The translations under genes were made by a program, and so were the position numbers. 64,000 nucleotides of DNA from Candidatus Omnitrophota bacterium. GTDB taxonomy: Bacteria > Omnitrophota > Gorgyraeia > Zapsychrales > Zapsychraceae. How positions within the stretch are numbered: position 1 is the stretch's first letter; the number at the start of each line of letters is the position of its first letter. This document shows positions 7,348-15,436 of this stretch, one piece after another. The stretch lies in assembly GCA_015233405.1 (NCBI GenBank), contig JADFXT010000003.1:54591-118590 (forward strand), in the 5' to 3' direction. Below the pieces are notes generated by a model. It made no database searches. It was not told where the DNA came from and saw nothing but the letters and a program-made list of their open reading frames with translations.

Positions 7348-8130
7348 CTATAGAAACCTGAGGTATTTACGGCAAAGCCCAGTGAGAAACAGTGGAATAA
7401 TAAAAATACCAACAAATTCTTCTAGAATAGCAACAATTTTGTTGAATCCGATTGGAATTATGTCTCCATAACCAATGTGCGTGAAGGTAATTAAGCTAAA
7501 ATAAATGGATTCAAATAAATTCGGTTTGTGAGCAACCGAACTAACAAGAAAATGGCCCTGGGTATACAATAAAGCGGTCAATAAAATTAATGAACAGGCA
7601 AAAATAACTGTTCGCTGCGGGCGCTCTCCGTGGCCCCATAGGATGGAAGATATCGATAATAAAACCCAAGAGATAAAAAGCTTCATCCGTCCTTTAAGAT
7701 CAAATCCTTGATGATTCTTTCCGACATGATGAAGTCGTTTGGCATAAAATAAATGCGGCATCAGAGACTTTCGATAACATTCTTTGGAAAGAAAAAAGCA
7801 TTCTGAAAAACTGACATATTCCAGGTCGCGCTCATAACAAATCCCTGCATTTTTGTAAAGAATGCTCGCGTATTCATAATCGCCGGAGATGACCGCTTCT
7901 TCAGCGGCTTTTTCATAATACATCGACGCATAATAGAACAATGTCTGCCTGCCGCCTTGAAATTCACAGCAGCTCGCCGCGGAAGTAAAACAGATTGTTG
8001 CTTGTTTATGCTGTCCCTGGCTTTGATAAGACATGGCCGCTTGCAAAAAAAGCTTCGAAGCTTCCTCATATTTTTGAGCTTCAAAAAGCTTCTGCGCTTC
8101 TTGTTCTATATTTTTAATATCGTCGGCCAT
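7348..8130 (-). CDS. two-TM K+-channel-like protein with N-terminal TPR/SNAP-like helical-repeat domain
   Basis: Selectivity-filter-like SLITFTHIGYGD between two TM helices. The N-terminal ~115 aa are helical repeats (AQKYEEASKLFLQAAMSY..YYEKAAEEA..ASILYKNAGICY). The start overlaps the STAS stop (TAATG). Confidence 0.75.
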   Translation of the reverse strand: MADDIKNIEQEAQKLFEAQKYEEASKLFLQAAMSYQSQGQHKQATICFTSAASCCEFQGGRQTLFYYASMYYEKAAEEAVISGDYEYASILYKNAGICYERDLEYVSFSECFFLSKECYRKSLMPHLFYAKRLHHVGKNHQGFDLKGRMKLFISWVLLSISSILWGHGERPQRTVIFACSLILLTALLYTQGHFLVSSVAHKPNLFESIYFSLITFTHIGYGDIIPIGFNKIVAILEEFVGIFIIPLFLTGLCRKYLRFL

Positions 8131-8468
8131 TATGTTCCTAAATCTTTCATTGCCATTTCCCGATGTTCATAAATCGGGATCAATTTGTGGATCTTTGTGA
8201 TTTCAAACAGCCCCTTTACGTCTTTATTAACATTACAGATCGCCAGTTTTCCGCCGGATTTCTTAAGCATTTGCATCATTTCTATGAGTGTCGCAAGCCC
8301 GGCGCTGCAGACAAACGTCACCTTTTCAAAATCAACCAGGACTTTGGTCGAGCCTTCTTTCAACATTTTTAGAAATGATTCGCGTAGCGCGATGGAGTTG
8401 TCCACGCTCAATTCCCCATCCATGGTCACTACAGTAATGCCGCTTATTTTCTCAACCAGTATTTTCAT
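8130..8468 (-). CDS. STAS-domain anti-sigma-factor antagonist (SpoIIAA/RsbV-like)
   Basis: 112 aa, typical STAS layout (LVDFEKVTFVCSAGLATLIEM) with a candidate phospho-Ser. Confidence 0.85.
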   Translation of the reverse strand: MKILVEKISGITVVTMDGELSVDNSIALRESFLKMLKEGSTKVLVDFEKVTFVCSAGLATLIEMMQMLKKSGGKLAICNVNKDVKGLFEITKIHKLIPIYEHREMAMKDLGT

Positions 8469-8480
8469 TTTCAGCCTCCC

Positions 8481-8882
8481 TTATTGCTTCAAAAATTTAG
8501 TCATCTTTATTGTCCGGCCCTCATTGGCGAACTCTAATTTATCCATGACATTTTTTATAAGAAATATCCCTCTGCCGCTTAACTTTTCTAAATTTTCCGT
8601 TTTGACAGGGTCAGGAATCTTTTGATAATCAAAGCCTTTGCCTTGATCCGTCACTTGAATGGTTAGTTGATTCTCGTCAGATGTAATCTCAACCTGCACC
8701 GATAAACGCGGGTCCATTTTATTGCCATGTTTAACGGCATTGACAATCGCTTCATATAACACGAGCTTAATATTAAAAATAGTGCTTTGGTCCAAAGCCA
8801 ATGGAGACAGTTTCTCCAGAATTGAAGAAACAAATCCGTTTATAGGCGCAACTTGCGAAGGTATGGTCTCAAATATATGCAT
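8481..8882 (-). CDS. anti-sigma regulatory factor / Ser-Thr kinase (RsbW/SpoIIAB-like, HATPase_c)
   Basis: 133 aa with EAIVNAVKHGN (N-box), DQGKGFD (G1) and GRGIFLIKNVMD (G2). Confidence 0.85.
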   Translation of the reverse strand: MHIFETIPSQVAPINGFVSSILEKLSPLALDQSTIFNIKLVLYEAIVNAVKHGNKMDPRLSVQVEITSDENQLTIQVTDQGKGFDYQKIPDPVKTENLEKLSGRGIFLIKNVMDKLEFANEGRTIKMTKFLKQ

Positions 8883-8943
8883 AAAGGTTGCAGTAAATTA
8901 TCAAAAAAACTCCGACGCGTCAAATAAAAATATCCCTTACCCT

Positions 8944-10887
8944 TTAAATAATCTTAACAACAATAAAAGTGATATCATCCGACTGCTTATGTTGCGGCTC
9001 AAATTTCCGGACATCTTTTTCAATCGAGGACAACAATCCTCTTGCGGGGAAATTCCGGTCTTTTTCAATTGTAGAAATCAGCCGTTCCTTGCCATACATT
9101 TGGCCCTTGGCGTTTCTCGCTTCTGTGATCCCGTCGGTATAAAAAACAAAAATGTCGCCGGAAGAAAATGCGATCTGTCCGCCGGAGTAAGTGCTTTCGA
9201 GCATCCCTAAGGGGTATCCGTCTTCCACATCCAAAGCTTTAGCGGAAGCGCCCTTGGGCAAATATAAAACCGGCAGATGCCCGCCGTTGGCGTACGTCAT
9301 GATCTTTTTATCCATGTCGAATATGGAATAATAAAGCGTGACAAATAATCCTGTCGGAGAGTCCTGGGTTAATTTTAAGTTTAAATTGTGAAGCGCCTCA
9401 TGCGGCTTGGTTTCGGACAAAGCGAAAAATTTAAACGCGCCCGAAACCGTGGTCATAAAAAGGCTGGCCGGCATGCCTTTTCCGGAAACGTCGCCGATCA
9501 TGACGCCAAGCCGTTTAGGGCTGAATTCATAAAAATCATACAAATCCCCGCCGACCTCACGGGCCGTATACATGATGGCGGCGATATCAAGCCCGGCGGT
9601 CATAGGAAGCGTTTTAGGAAGGAAACTCTCCTGGATCTTCTTGGCAATTTTCATTTCATTCTCGACGAGGATTTTCTTCTTCCACTCGCGGATGGAGATC
9701 ATCAGCGTTGAAAGCAAATAAAGCGCCACCAACGCAAAGAACGGATAAAACATATCCACCCAAATTCCGAATAAAATGAACAATAAAATCGCCAAGACGC
9801 TATAGGAAAAAATCGTGCCGGCTAATATCAAAAAACTCTTAAATGGCTTGGTGGCAAATACGCCCCAGACGATCAACGCGCCTAATAAAAACAAAATGAC
9901 CTGGTTGGTTTGCTTTGAGGCGCGGACGATAAATTGTTTATTCAATATAGAATTAATAATGTCGCTGTGCACCGCAAGCGCCGGATAAAGCGCGGAGAAC
10001 GGGTTAGGATGCAGGTCTGCCGTGCCGGCGGCGGTGAGTCCTACAATGCAAATTTTGTCCTTAAAAACATTTAAATCCAGCGTCGGCTTTTCTCCTTTTT
10101 TTAAAGAAACATAAGACTGCAAAATATCCACAAAAGAATAATGTTTATAATATCTGCCCCAATCGCCGGCATAATTCACGATCACATTTGAATTTTCATC
10201 CACCGGGATCCGCATCTTGCGGCCCAATTGAATATAGCGACCAGGATAAAGCTTTAGATCTTTAGCAGATAACCCCAAATAAGCAGAGATTAAACGAAGC
10301 GAAAGATATGGATGAAGCGTGTTTCCATATTCAACCAAAAGCGGAACGCGCCGATATTTTCCGTCGGGGTCTGGGATGACATTAATATGCCCGATACCTG
10401 CAGCCACTTGCCTGAAATTTTCTAACGTTTGGGCCGTATAACCCTTTGCCTCGATGACCTTTTGTTTTGGCGTATTGTCCAGATCAAAAACATATGGCAA
10501 ATAAACATTACCCGTGGTCTTGATCGCCTGTTCCAATTCTGGGTCGCCATTGCCTTTCTCCGAGAAGAAAATATCCATCAAAACGGCTTTGGCGCCATAT
10601 TCAGACAAAGCCTTGATCAAAACAGCATGATACCCTCTGTCAAAAGGGAATCGCCCTAATTTGGCGATAGAATCTTCACCAATTTCAACAATTACAACTT
10701 TATCAGATGTGAATACGAACGGACGGAGATGAAAACGAAAGTCTAATGCGCCAAGCTCACTATTTTCAAAAATGCGAGCATGGGAACCGCACAAAAGAAT
10801 GGCAGCAAAGGCGAGAAAGATAAGGACCAACAAAACGTTTTGAAACGCAACGGCCAGCAAATCAAGAATTTTTTTCAGATTGACCAT
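8944..10887 (-). CDS. CHASE2 sensor domain / PP2C (SpoIIE-type) serine phosphatase
   Basis: 647 aa. N-terminal TM plus CHASE2-like region (VVIVEIGEDSIAKLGRFPFDRGYHAVLIKAL..DIFFSE). Three to four TM helices. C-terminal SpoIIE/PP2C region (IQESFLP, GGDLYDF, GDVSGKGMPASLFM, YTDGITEA). Confidence 0.9.
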   Translation of the reverse strand: MVNLKKILDLLAVAFQNVLLVLIFLAFAAILLCGSHARIFENSELGALDFRFHLRPFVFTSDKVVIVEIGEDSIAKLGRFPFDRGYHAVLIKALSEYGAKAVLMDIFFSEKGNGDPELEQAIKTTGNVYLPYVFDLDNTPKQKVIEAKGYTAQTLENFRQVAAGIGHINVIPDPDGKYRRVPLLVEYGNTLHPYLSLRLISAYLGLSAKDLKLYPGRYIQLGRKMRIPVDENSNVIVNYAGDWGRYYKHYSFVDILQSYVSLKKGEKPTLDLNVFKDKICIVGLTAAGTADLHPNPFSALYPALAVHSDIINSILNKQFIVRASKQTNQVILFLLGALIVWGVFATKPFKSFLILAGTIFSYSVLAILLFILFGIWVDMFYPFFALVALYLLSTLMISIREWKKKILVENEMKIAKKIQESFLPKTLPMTAGLDIAAIMYTAREVGGDLYDFYEFSPKRLGVMIGDVSGKGMPASLFMTTVSGAFKFFALSETKPHEALHNLNLKLTQDSPTGLFVTLYYSIFDMDKKIMTYANGGHLPVLYLPKGASAKALDVEDGYPLGMLESTYSGGQIAFSSGDIFVFYTDGITEARNAKGQMYGKERLISTIEKDRNFPARGLLSSIEKDVRKFEPQHKQSDDITFIVVKII

Positions 10888-10954
10888 GATAAAAAATTAG
10901 TCCTTTTCTTGTTTTGCCAATTATAACATTTCTTTTATAAAAGAACAGAATATT

Positions 10955-11890
10955 CTACAGGCGCAAATCCTTCTCTCTGGAATAAACCGAACATTTCTTG
11001 CATTTATTGATCTTCTCTTCAGCCGTACCCTGCATTTGTCCATCGCACCAGGTGTAATCCACATCCCAGCATTTGACCCCATGATTGGGAAACGCAGGGC
11101 ATTGAACCTGACGCTCCGCCGGACAATTTAAGATGTCCCAGCAAGAAGACTTTAAAAGATTTTTACAATAATCCTGTAAATCATTCGTCCGCTTTTTCAT
11201 TCCGTTTATCAAGCGGTCCCAGTTTTCTTTATTTTCCAACTCCTTAGAGAATGGCCTTTTCTCGATACCTTCCAGAAAACTCTCGACACTCCAGCAATAA
11301 TTTTTTAAGGTGTCTAAAAGACGATTTATTCGTAAGGTCACCTCTTCATCCGGCATTGCATCTCTCCAGACCTCAAATCCCCCCAGCACCCTTCCTCGTT
11401 TATCAATGAGCGGACCAGCTGTAACAATGATCGTATGCTCGCGATCGAATTTGTCCTGAACCTTGACCCTTTTACCAATGACGGACTTCTGCGTCGTCAT
11501 AGCTTGTTTAATAGCACAATTTTTCTCGCACAAATCGCTATTAAACACTCTCATACACTTGACTTTTCCTATGGCATCATTTAATTTCAAGCCTGTAAAA
11601 TCAAGGCAAGCCGGATTCATATATTGGATCTTCATGTTTTTATCCACGACGAAGAACGGATAACTTGAGGCCCGCAAGATGCTAGCAGCGAAAGAAGACA
11701 TCTCTTCAAACTCATCAAAGACTTTTGCCTTGGAAGATAAAAATTCCAGAAAATTATTATGCTCCCCACTTTTAGGCTCAGCTTTCTTTTGAGAAAACCG
11801 CGTCTTTTCAGAATCTTTTTTATCGACGGGATCCGGAACATTTTTCAAATCTTCAATGACTTGTACCATCCGATAGAAATTCATTGCCAT
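10955..11890 (-). CDS. PAS-domain protein with C-terminal Cys-rich module containing two CW dipeptides
   Basis: PAS-like core (FFVVDKNMKIQYMNPACLDFTG...TAGPLIDKRGRVLGGFEVWRD). C-terminus CWDILNCPAERQVQCPAFPNHGVKCWDVDYTWCDG...CKKCSVY. Confidence 0.75.
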   Translation of the reverse strand: MAMNFYRMVQVIEDLKNVPDPVDKKDSEKTRFSQKKAEPKSGEHNNFLEFLSSKAKVFDEFEEMSSFAASILRASSYPFFVVDKNMKIQYMNPACLDFTGLKLNDAIGKVKCMRVFNSDLCEKNCAIKQAMTTQKSVIGKRVKVQDKFDREHTIIVTAGPLIDKRGRVLGGFEVWRDAMPDEEVTLRINRLLDTLKNYCWSVESFLEGIEKRPFSKELENKENWDRLINGMKKRTNDLQDYCKNLLKSSCWDILNCPAERQVQCPAFPNHGVKCWDVDYTWCDGQMQGTAEEKINKCKKCSVYSREKDLRL

Positions 11891-11944
11891 TATGGCCTCC
11901 TTATATTAAAAAACGCTATTTTGTCATCCCCACTCTATATTGCT

Positions 11945-12021
11945 GTCATTTCCGAAATCTTTTATCGGGAATCCATGTTTTAAACCCTTGTGGATCCCCG
12001 ACTAATGCATTCGGGGATGAC
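11945..12021. repeat. palindromic MITE/REP-like element, subfamily B (77 bp)
   Basis: gtcatttccgaaatcttttatcgggaatcc ... ggatccccgactaatgcattcggggatgac: two hairpins with terminal inverted GTCAT/ATGAC. Near-identical architecture at 40098-40182. Confidence 0.85.
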
Positions 12022-12042
12022 AGCGGTTAGAGCTTGTTGAGA

Positions 12043-12948
12043 TTACGCTGGCTCAAAAAAGAAATCAACTTCACCGATGGACGGAAGATTACGAATAACC
12101 GACTTCTTCATATCGTCCATGGCCACACAGACTTCCTGAAGAGTACCCGTCTTGGGACAGCGAAGACTGATGCCGACCCAAAATTTCTTGCCCACTCTCT
12201 TAAACTTGATACTCCCTGGTCGATATTTAGGATAAGCGGACAGGATCATCTTTTCTATGCGAAGCGCGAACCCCGGTTCAGGAACCTGGTCCAGGATGTT
12301 TCGCACATTAGAAGCCCAATGACTCAAAGAATCTTTAACAATGACCACACCGACGATGAGAGCTGCTAACCGGTCGCAGACGGCAAAATCAGCCCCCATC
12401 TGAGATAAAATGATCCCTAAAATCACGGCACTTGAAGAAAGGACATCTGCTCCGGCGTGACAACCGTTTGCAATCAGTCCAGAGCTATCTAACCTTTTGC
12501 CGGCGCAAAAATTATACCGTTGGATCATATAGGTCAGAAAGACCGACGCTACGGCAACGGGGAGCGCCAACACAATATCCGGTTGGACAAAATCACGTCT
12601 AAGAATGGCCAGAATGCTCGAAAGCGTAATAGAAACGCCAAACCCGATCAAGATACTAAACGCGATAAGCGCGACGATAAATTCAAGTTTCGCATAACCA
12701 TACGGAAATCGAACATCATTCGGCCGACTGGAAAATGACAAGCTCACCATAATGAGAATGCTCGTCACAACACAAGCGATGGATTGAATTCCGTCGGCGA
12801 TCATCCCGGAACTGTTGGCGAACGTTCCACCGGCAAGTTTTATTACGACCAAAACAGCATTGCCGATGACTGTCCAGACGAGGATTTTCTTTGAACACGC
12901 CCAACAGCCTTCTGTCGTCATACAGGAATTTGCATTTTTTGAAATCAT
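12043..12948 (-). CDS. cation diffusion facilitator transporter, MamB-like (N-terminal CxxC)
   Basis: 301 aa with CDF topology. N-terminal CWAC parallels the CxxC of MamB. TM2 ADGIQSIACV. TM5 NGCHAGADV (HxxxD retained). PYGYAKLEF loop. C-terminal cytoplasmic domain. Confidence 0.8.
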   Translation of the reverse strand: MISKNANSCMTTEGCWACSKKILVWTVIGNAVLVVIKLAGGTFANSSGMIADGIQSIACVVTSILIMVSLSFSSRPNDVRFPYGYAKLEFIVALIAFSILIGFGVSITLSSILAILRRDFVQPDIVLALPVAVASVFLTYMIQRYNFCAGKRLDSSGLIANGCHAGADVLSSSAVILGIILSQMGADFAVCDRLAALIVGVVIVKDSLSHWASNVRNILDQVPEPGFALRIEKMILSAYPKYRPGSIKFKRVGKKFWVGISLRCPKTGTLQEVCVAMDDMKKSVIRNLPSIGEVDFFFEPA

Positions 12949-13835
12949 ATTTTTTCTTCCAGCCTAATACCAATGAACACTTCATGGGGGCTTAAAAATT
13001 TTACCTTTACCGCTCTTTTGATGTTCTCTGCGATAGCAAAAACGTCCACCATGGGAATGTCTTTTGCCGTCGACAGATCAGCGATAATTTCGTAGATGTG
13101 GCCGATCTTGTTAACGCGTAACGCCTTTAACGACGCTTCACCTATCTGTGCTTTACGGATACAACTTTCGACCTCGGAAACAGTTTTCTTATCGCACGAG
13201 GCATCCATCAGCCCTATAAAGGCTTTATATAAAAATAAAACACTGTAGGCGATGATAAAGAACGCCGCAAAAATAGCGCATCCATAATCAACAATGTAAG
13301 ACCCCATCCTCGATATTACGACGGTAAGGATGGTCAAGACCGAAAGCAGGAAATCTGTATCCAGAATAAAGATAATATCCTTCGATTCGTCTTCTTCCTG
13401 AATATTGGTTATCTCGGCCTTGATTCTTACCATAAACACTAAACTGATCGTAGCAGCGATCGCCGCAACCCACGCAGCCAGAAATTCTGGCGGATAAAGC
13501 GTGTGAAAGAAAATCATATGGCCTAAAGAAAAAAGAAGGGCGCTGGTGCTTAAGGCGATAACTGACGATATCGCCAAAAGGATCATGAATTCAAGCTTGC
13601 CCCGGTTAAAATATGGCGATAGCCGTCGGGAAGAATGCGTTATACCGATGCGCATCAAGGTGGCAATGGCTATCAAGATACCAAAAATCGCGAAGATGCC
13701 GGATACCAATAAACATTTTGAGCCCGTGATGACGCCTAAAACAGTCTTAAACAAAAAAGATGTTATAAAAAAATATAATAAGGCATAGGTGATCCGCTCT
13801 TTCTTTTCTTTAAGGAAATCTGGTTTCTTTTTCAT
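12945..13835 (-). CDS. cation diffusion facilitator paralogue with degenerate transport-site residues (MamM-like partner?)
   Basis: CDF-like layout (NRGKLEFMILLA loop, C-terminal domain). TM2 reads LVSGIFAIFG, lacking the D/H pair. The ATG at 13835 is preferred over the track GTG at 13859 because it lies 2 nt after the upstream stop. ATGA-type 4-nt overlap with the downstream CDF gene. Confidence 0.75.
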   Translation of the reverse strand: MKKKPDFLKEKKERITYALLYFFITSFLFKTVLGVITGSKCLLVSGIFAIFGILIAIATLMRIGITHSSRRLSPYFNRGKLEFMILLAISSVIALSTSALLFSLGHMIFFHTLYPPEFLAAWVAAIAATISLVFMVRIKAEITNIQEEDESKDIIFILDTDFLLSVLTILTVVISRMGSYIVDYGCAIFAAFFIIAYSVLFLYKAFIGLMDASCDKKTVSEVESCIRKAQIGEASLKALRVNKIGHIYEIIADLSTAKDIPMVDVFAIAENIKRAVKVKFLSPHEVFIGIRLEEKI

Positions 13836-13837
13836 CG

Positions 13838-14680
13838 TTATCCCTGGATTACATGGCACTTAGAACAAATCCCTCGATATTCATGCGGCGCCTGCGCATT
13901 TGCCGGTATCGCTGGGACATTAGGGGTCATAATCACATGACAATTTTCACAGACGCCGCGAAATTCATGCATCATAATTGCATCACGCAAAATGGCCGGC
14001 GCCTTTGTTTGTCCCGGGATTGGCTTCGTTAAAGCAACCGTCCGCGCTCCAGGGAATACACATCCATTTCTGCCCGTATACGCAATCTGCTGGCCAGCAC
14101 CGCCCGTCGTGGCAGGAGGAAAACATTGGGTAACCGTCGGACATGTCATACAACCCGGCGGAATATACGCCGCTTGTTGACCGGCCTGCGCCTGCCACTG
14201 ATTAAAAATTTGCGTTCCCGTTGGACAATTGGGTTGAAAGGCTATTTGTTGTCCACCACCCGTTGCCGGAGGAAAACATTGGGCAACATTGGGACACACC
14301 GCACAATTCGGTGGAACATACGCAGCCTGTTGTGCAGCGCCTGTTCCTTGAGGAAAACATTGTGTGACCGTTGGGCACGTCATACAACCCGGCGGAATAT
14401 ACGCCACTTGCTGCGGCATGGACTGCCACTGATTAAAGTCTTGAGCAGCGGTTGGATAATTCTGCTGAAACGCGACCTGCTGAGAGCCTCCCGTGGCAAT
14501 AATCCCTTGCTGGGCAGGATCTTGAACGGGCACCGGTTTGGGCCGCATATTAAAAAGCGCAAAGCAGAAAAATGACGTGAGCCCGACGACAGTAAGCCCT
14601 ATCATCCATAAACTTTTGGCATTGATATTCGCGCAGGAATCGTCTGCGAAAAATATCTCTTCTTTTTTATCGTTCTTCAT
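13838..14680 (-). CDS. TM-anchored double-magnetochrome (2x CXXCH) protein with Q-rich CxxC..C repeat region
   Basis: 280 aa. N-terminal TM (LWMIGLTVVGLTSFFCFALF). Repeats of PPGCMTCPTVTQCFP type. C-terminal MHEFRGVCENCHVI and PHEYRGICSKCHVI. Confidence 0.85.
   Translation of the reverse strand: MKNDKKEEIFFADDSCANINAKSLWMIGLTVVGLTSFFCFALFNMRPKPVPVQDPAQQGIIATGGSQQVAFQQNYPTAAQDFNQWQSMPQQVAYIPPGCMTCPTVTQCFPQGTGAAQQAAYVPPNCAVCPNVAQCFPPATGGGQQIAFQPNCPTGTQIFNQWQAQAGQQAAYIPPGCMTCPTVTQCFPPATTGGAGQQIAYTGRNGCVFPGARTVALTKPIPGQTKAPAILRDAIMMHEFRGVCENCHVIMTPNVPAIPANAQAPHEYRGICSKCHVIQG
13841..13972 (-). other. two tandem magnetochrome-type heme-c motifs
   Basis: H-E-F-R-G-V-C-E-N-C-H and P-H-E-Y-R-G-I-C-S-K-C-H, about 28 residues apart. 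Confidence 0.75.
14078..14482 (-). repeat. in-frame ~234-nt (78-aa) super-repeat inside the double-CXXCH gene
   Basis: QQVAFQQNYPTAAQDFNQWQ..QQVAYIPPGCMTCPTVTQCFP versus QQIAFQPNCPTGTQIFNQWQ..QQAAYIPPGCMTCPTVTQCFP. DNA blocks near 14117-14180 and 14351-14414 are nearly identical. Confidence 0.8.
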
Positions 14681-14774
14681 GAAAAACCCCTTTCATTTTA
14701 ATCCCTCCGTCCCCCTTATACTGATGGGGGAGGTTATATATTGTCACAATCCAAGGAACACAATTGTTTTGCCT

Positions 14775-14897
14775 GTCATCCTCAACTTCCTCGATGTTGT
14801 ATCTAGAAATGATTGGGGATCCATTAAATGCTTTTAGGTCCTAAGCCCCTACAGGAGGACACCTTCTGGATCCCCGCCTAAAGATTGCGGGGATGAC
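14775..14897. repeat. palindromic MITE/REP-like element, subfamily A (123 bp, left arm degenerate)
   Basis: Starts gtcatcctc, contains the core ggggatccattaaatgcttttaggtcc, and ends ggatccccgcctaaagattgcggggatgac. The right arm is nearly identical to that of 36178-36283. Confidence 0.8.
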
Positions 14898-14989
14898 AGA
14901 AAAAGATCAAGGATAAGACCTATAATTTTCATCATTTCCACAAAAACGGGAATCCACTCTTTAAAAAATAAAAATCATATAACCAGACA

Positions 14990-15436
14990 CTATATTCCGC
15001 CGGGACGGGTTCCTACCGTCGTATAAATAATGACCGATTCTCCTTGCCGGTCGATCGTAATTTTAACACGCTCATTTGTATTGGATGTCTGGATAAGCCG
15101 CTCCAGTTGTTCCGGGCTGGTTACACTGGTCCCGTTCCACCTTCGGATGACATCCCCTTCATGAATTTTGGACGCTTGCGCCGGCGAGCCGACAAAAACT
15201 CTCGAAACCAATAAGCCGTTCGATGACTGAATATCAAATTGCTTTTTGATATCCGTCGTAAGCTCAACCGTTTCCATGCCCAGCCAAAGCCGCGAATCCG
15301 CAGGCTTGAGCAGCATGGTCGGCAACTTTATAAAAAGCACAATCACCGTAATGGCCGTTAAAAGGATCATAAAAAGGACCGCGTTGACCGCGTCATCATT
15401 TTTTCTCTTAATGGCCACCTTTGTTTTTATCATCAT
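14990..15436 (-). CDS. TM-anchored single-PDZ-domain protein
   Basis: 148 aa. N-terminal TM (AVLFMILLTAITVIVLFI) followed by PDZ (LWLGMETVELTTDIKKQFDIQSSNGLLVSRVFVGSPAQASKIHEGDVIRRWNG). 4-nt overlap with the NapH-like gene. Confidence 0.8.
   Translation of the reverse strand: MMIKTKVAIKRKNDDAVNAVLFMILLTAITVIVLFIKLPTMLLKPADSRLWLGMETVELTTDIKKQFDIQSSNGLLVSRVFVGSPAQASKIHEGDVIRRWNGTSVTSPEQLERLIQTSNTNERVKITIDRQGESVIIYTTVGTRPGGI

Noticed and set aside
13836-13859. GTG start at 13859 for the upstream CDF gene (22-nt overlap with the CXXCH gene)
   Set aside because: The ATG at 13835 lies 2 nt after the upstream stop and gives a typical basic N-terminus (MKKKPDFLKEKK). The choice is not certain but is more parsimonious.
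14681-14774. Hairpin cctcc-gt-ccccc..ggggg-agg upstream of the double-CXXCH gene as a terminator or riboswitch
   Set aside because: It is a short imperfect stem with no U-tract on the coding (minus) strand, and it lies next to a repeat element. There is insufficient evidence for a specific function.
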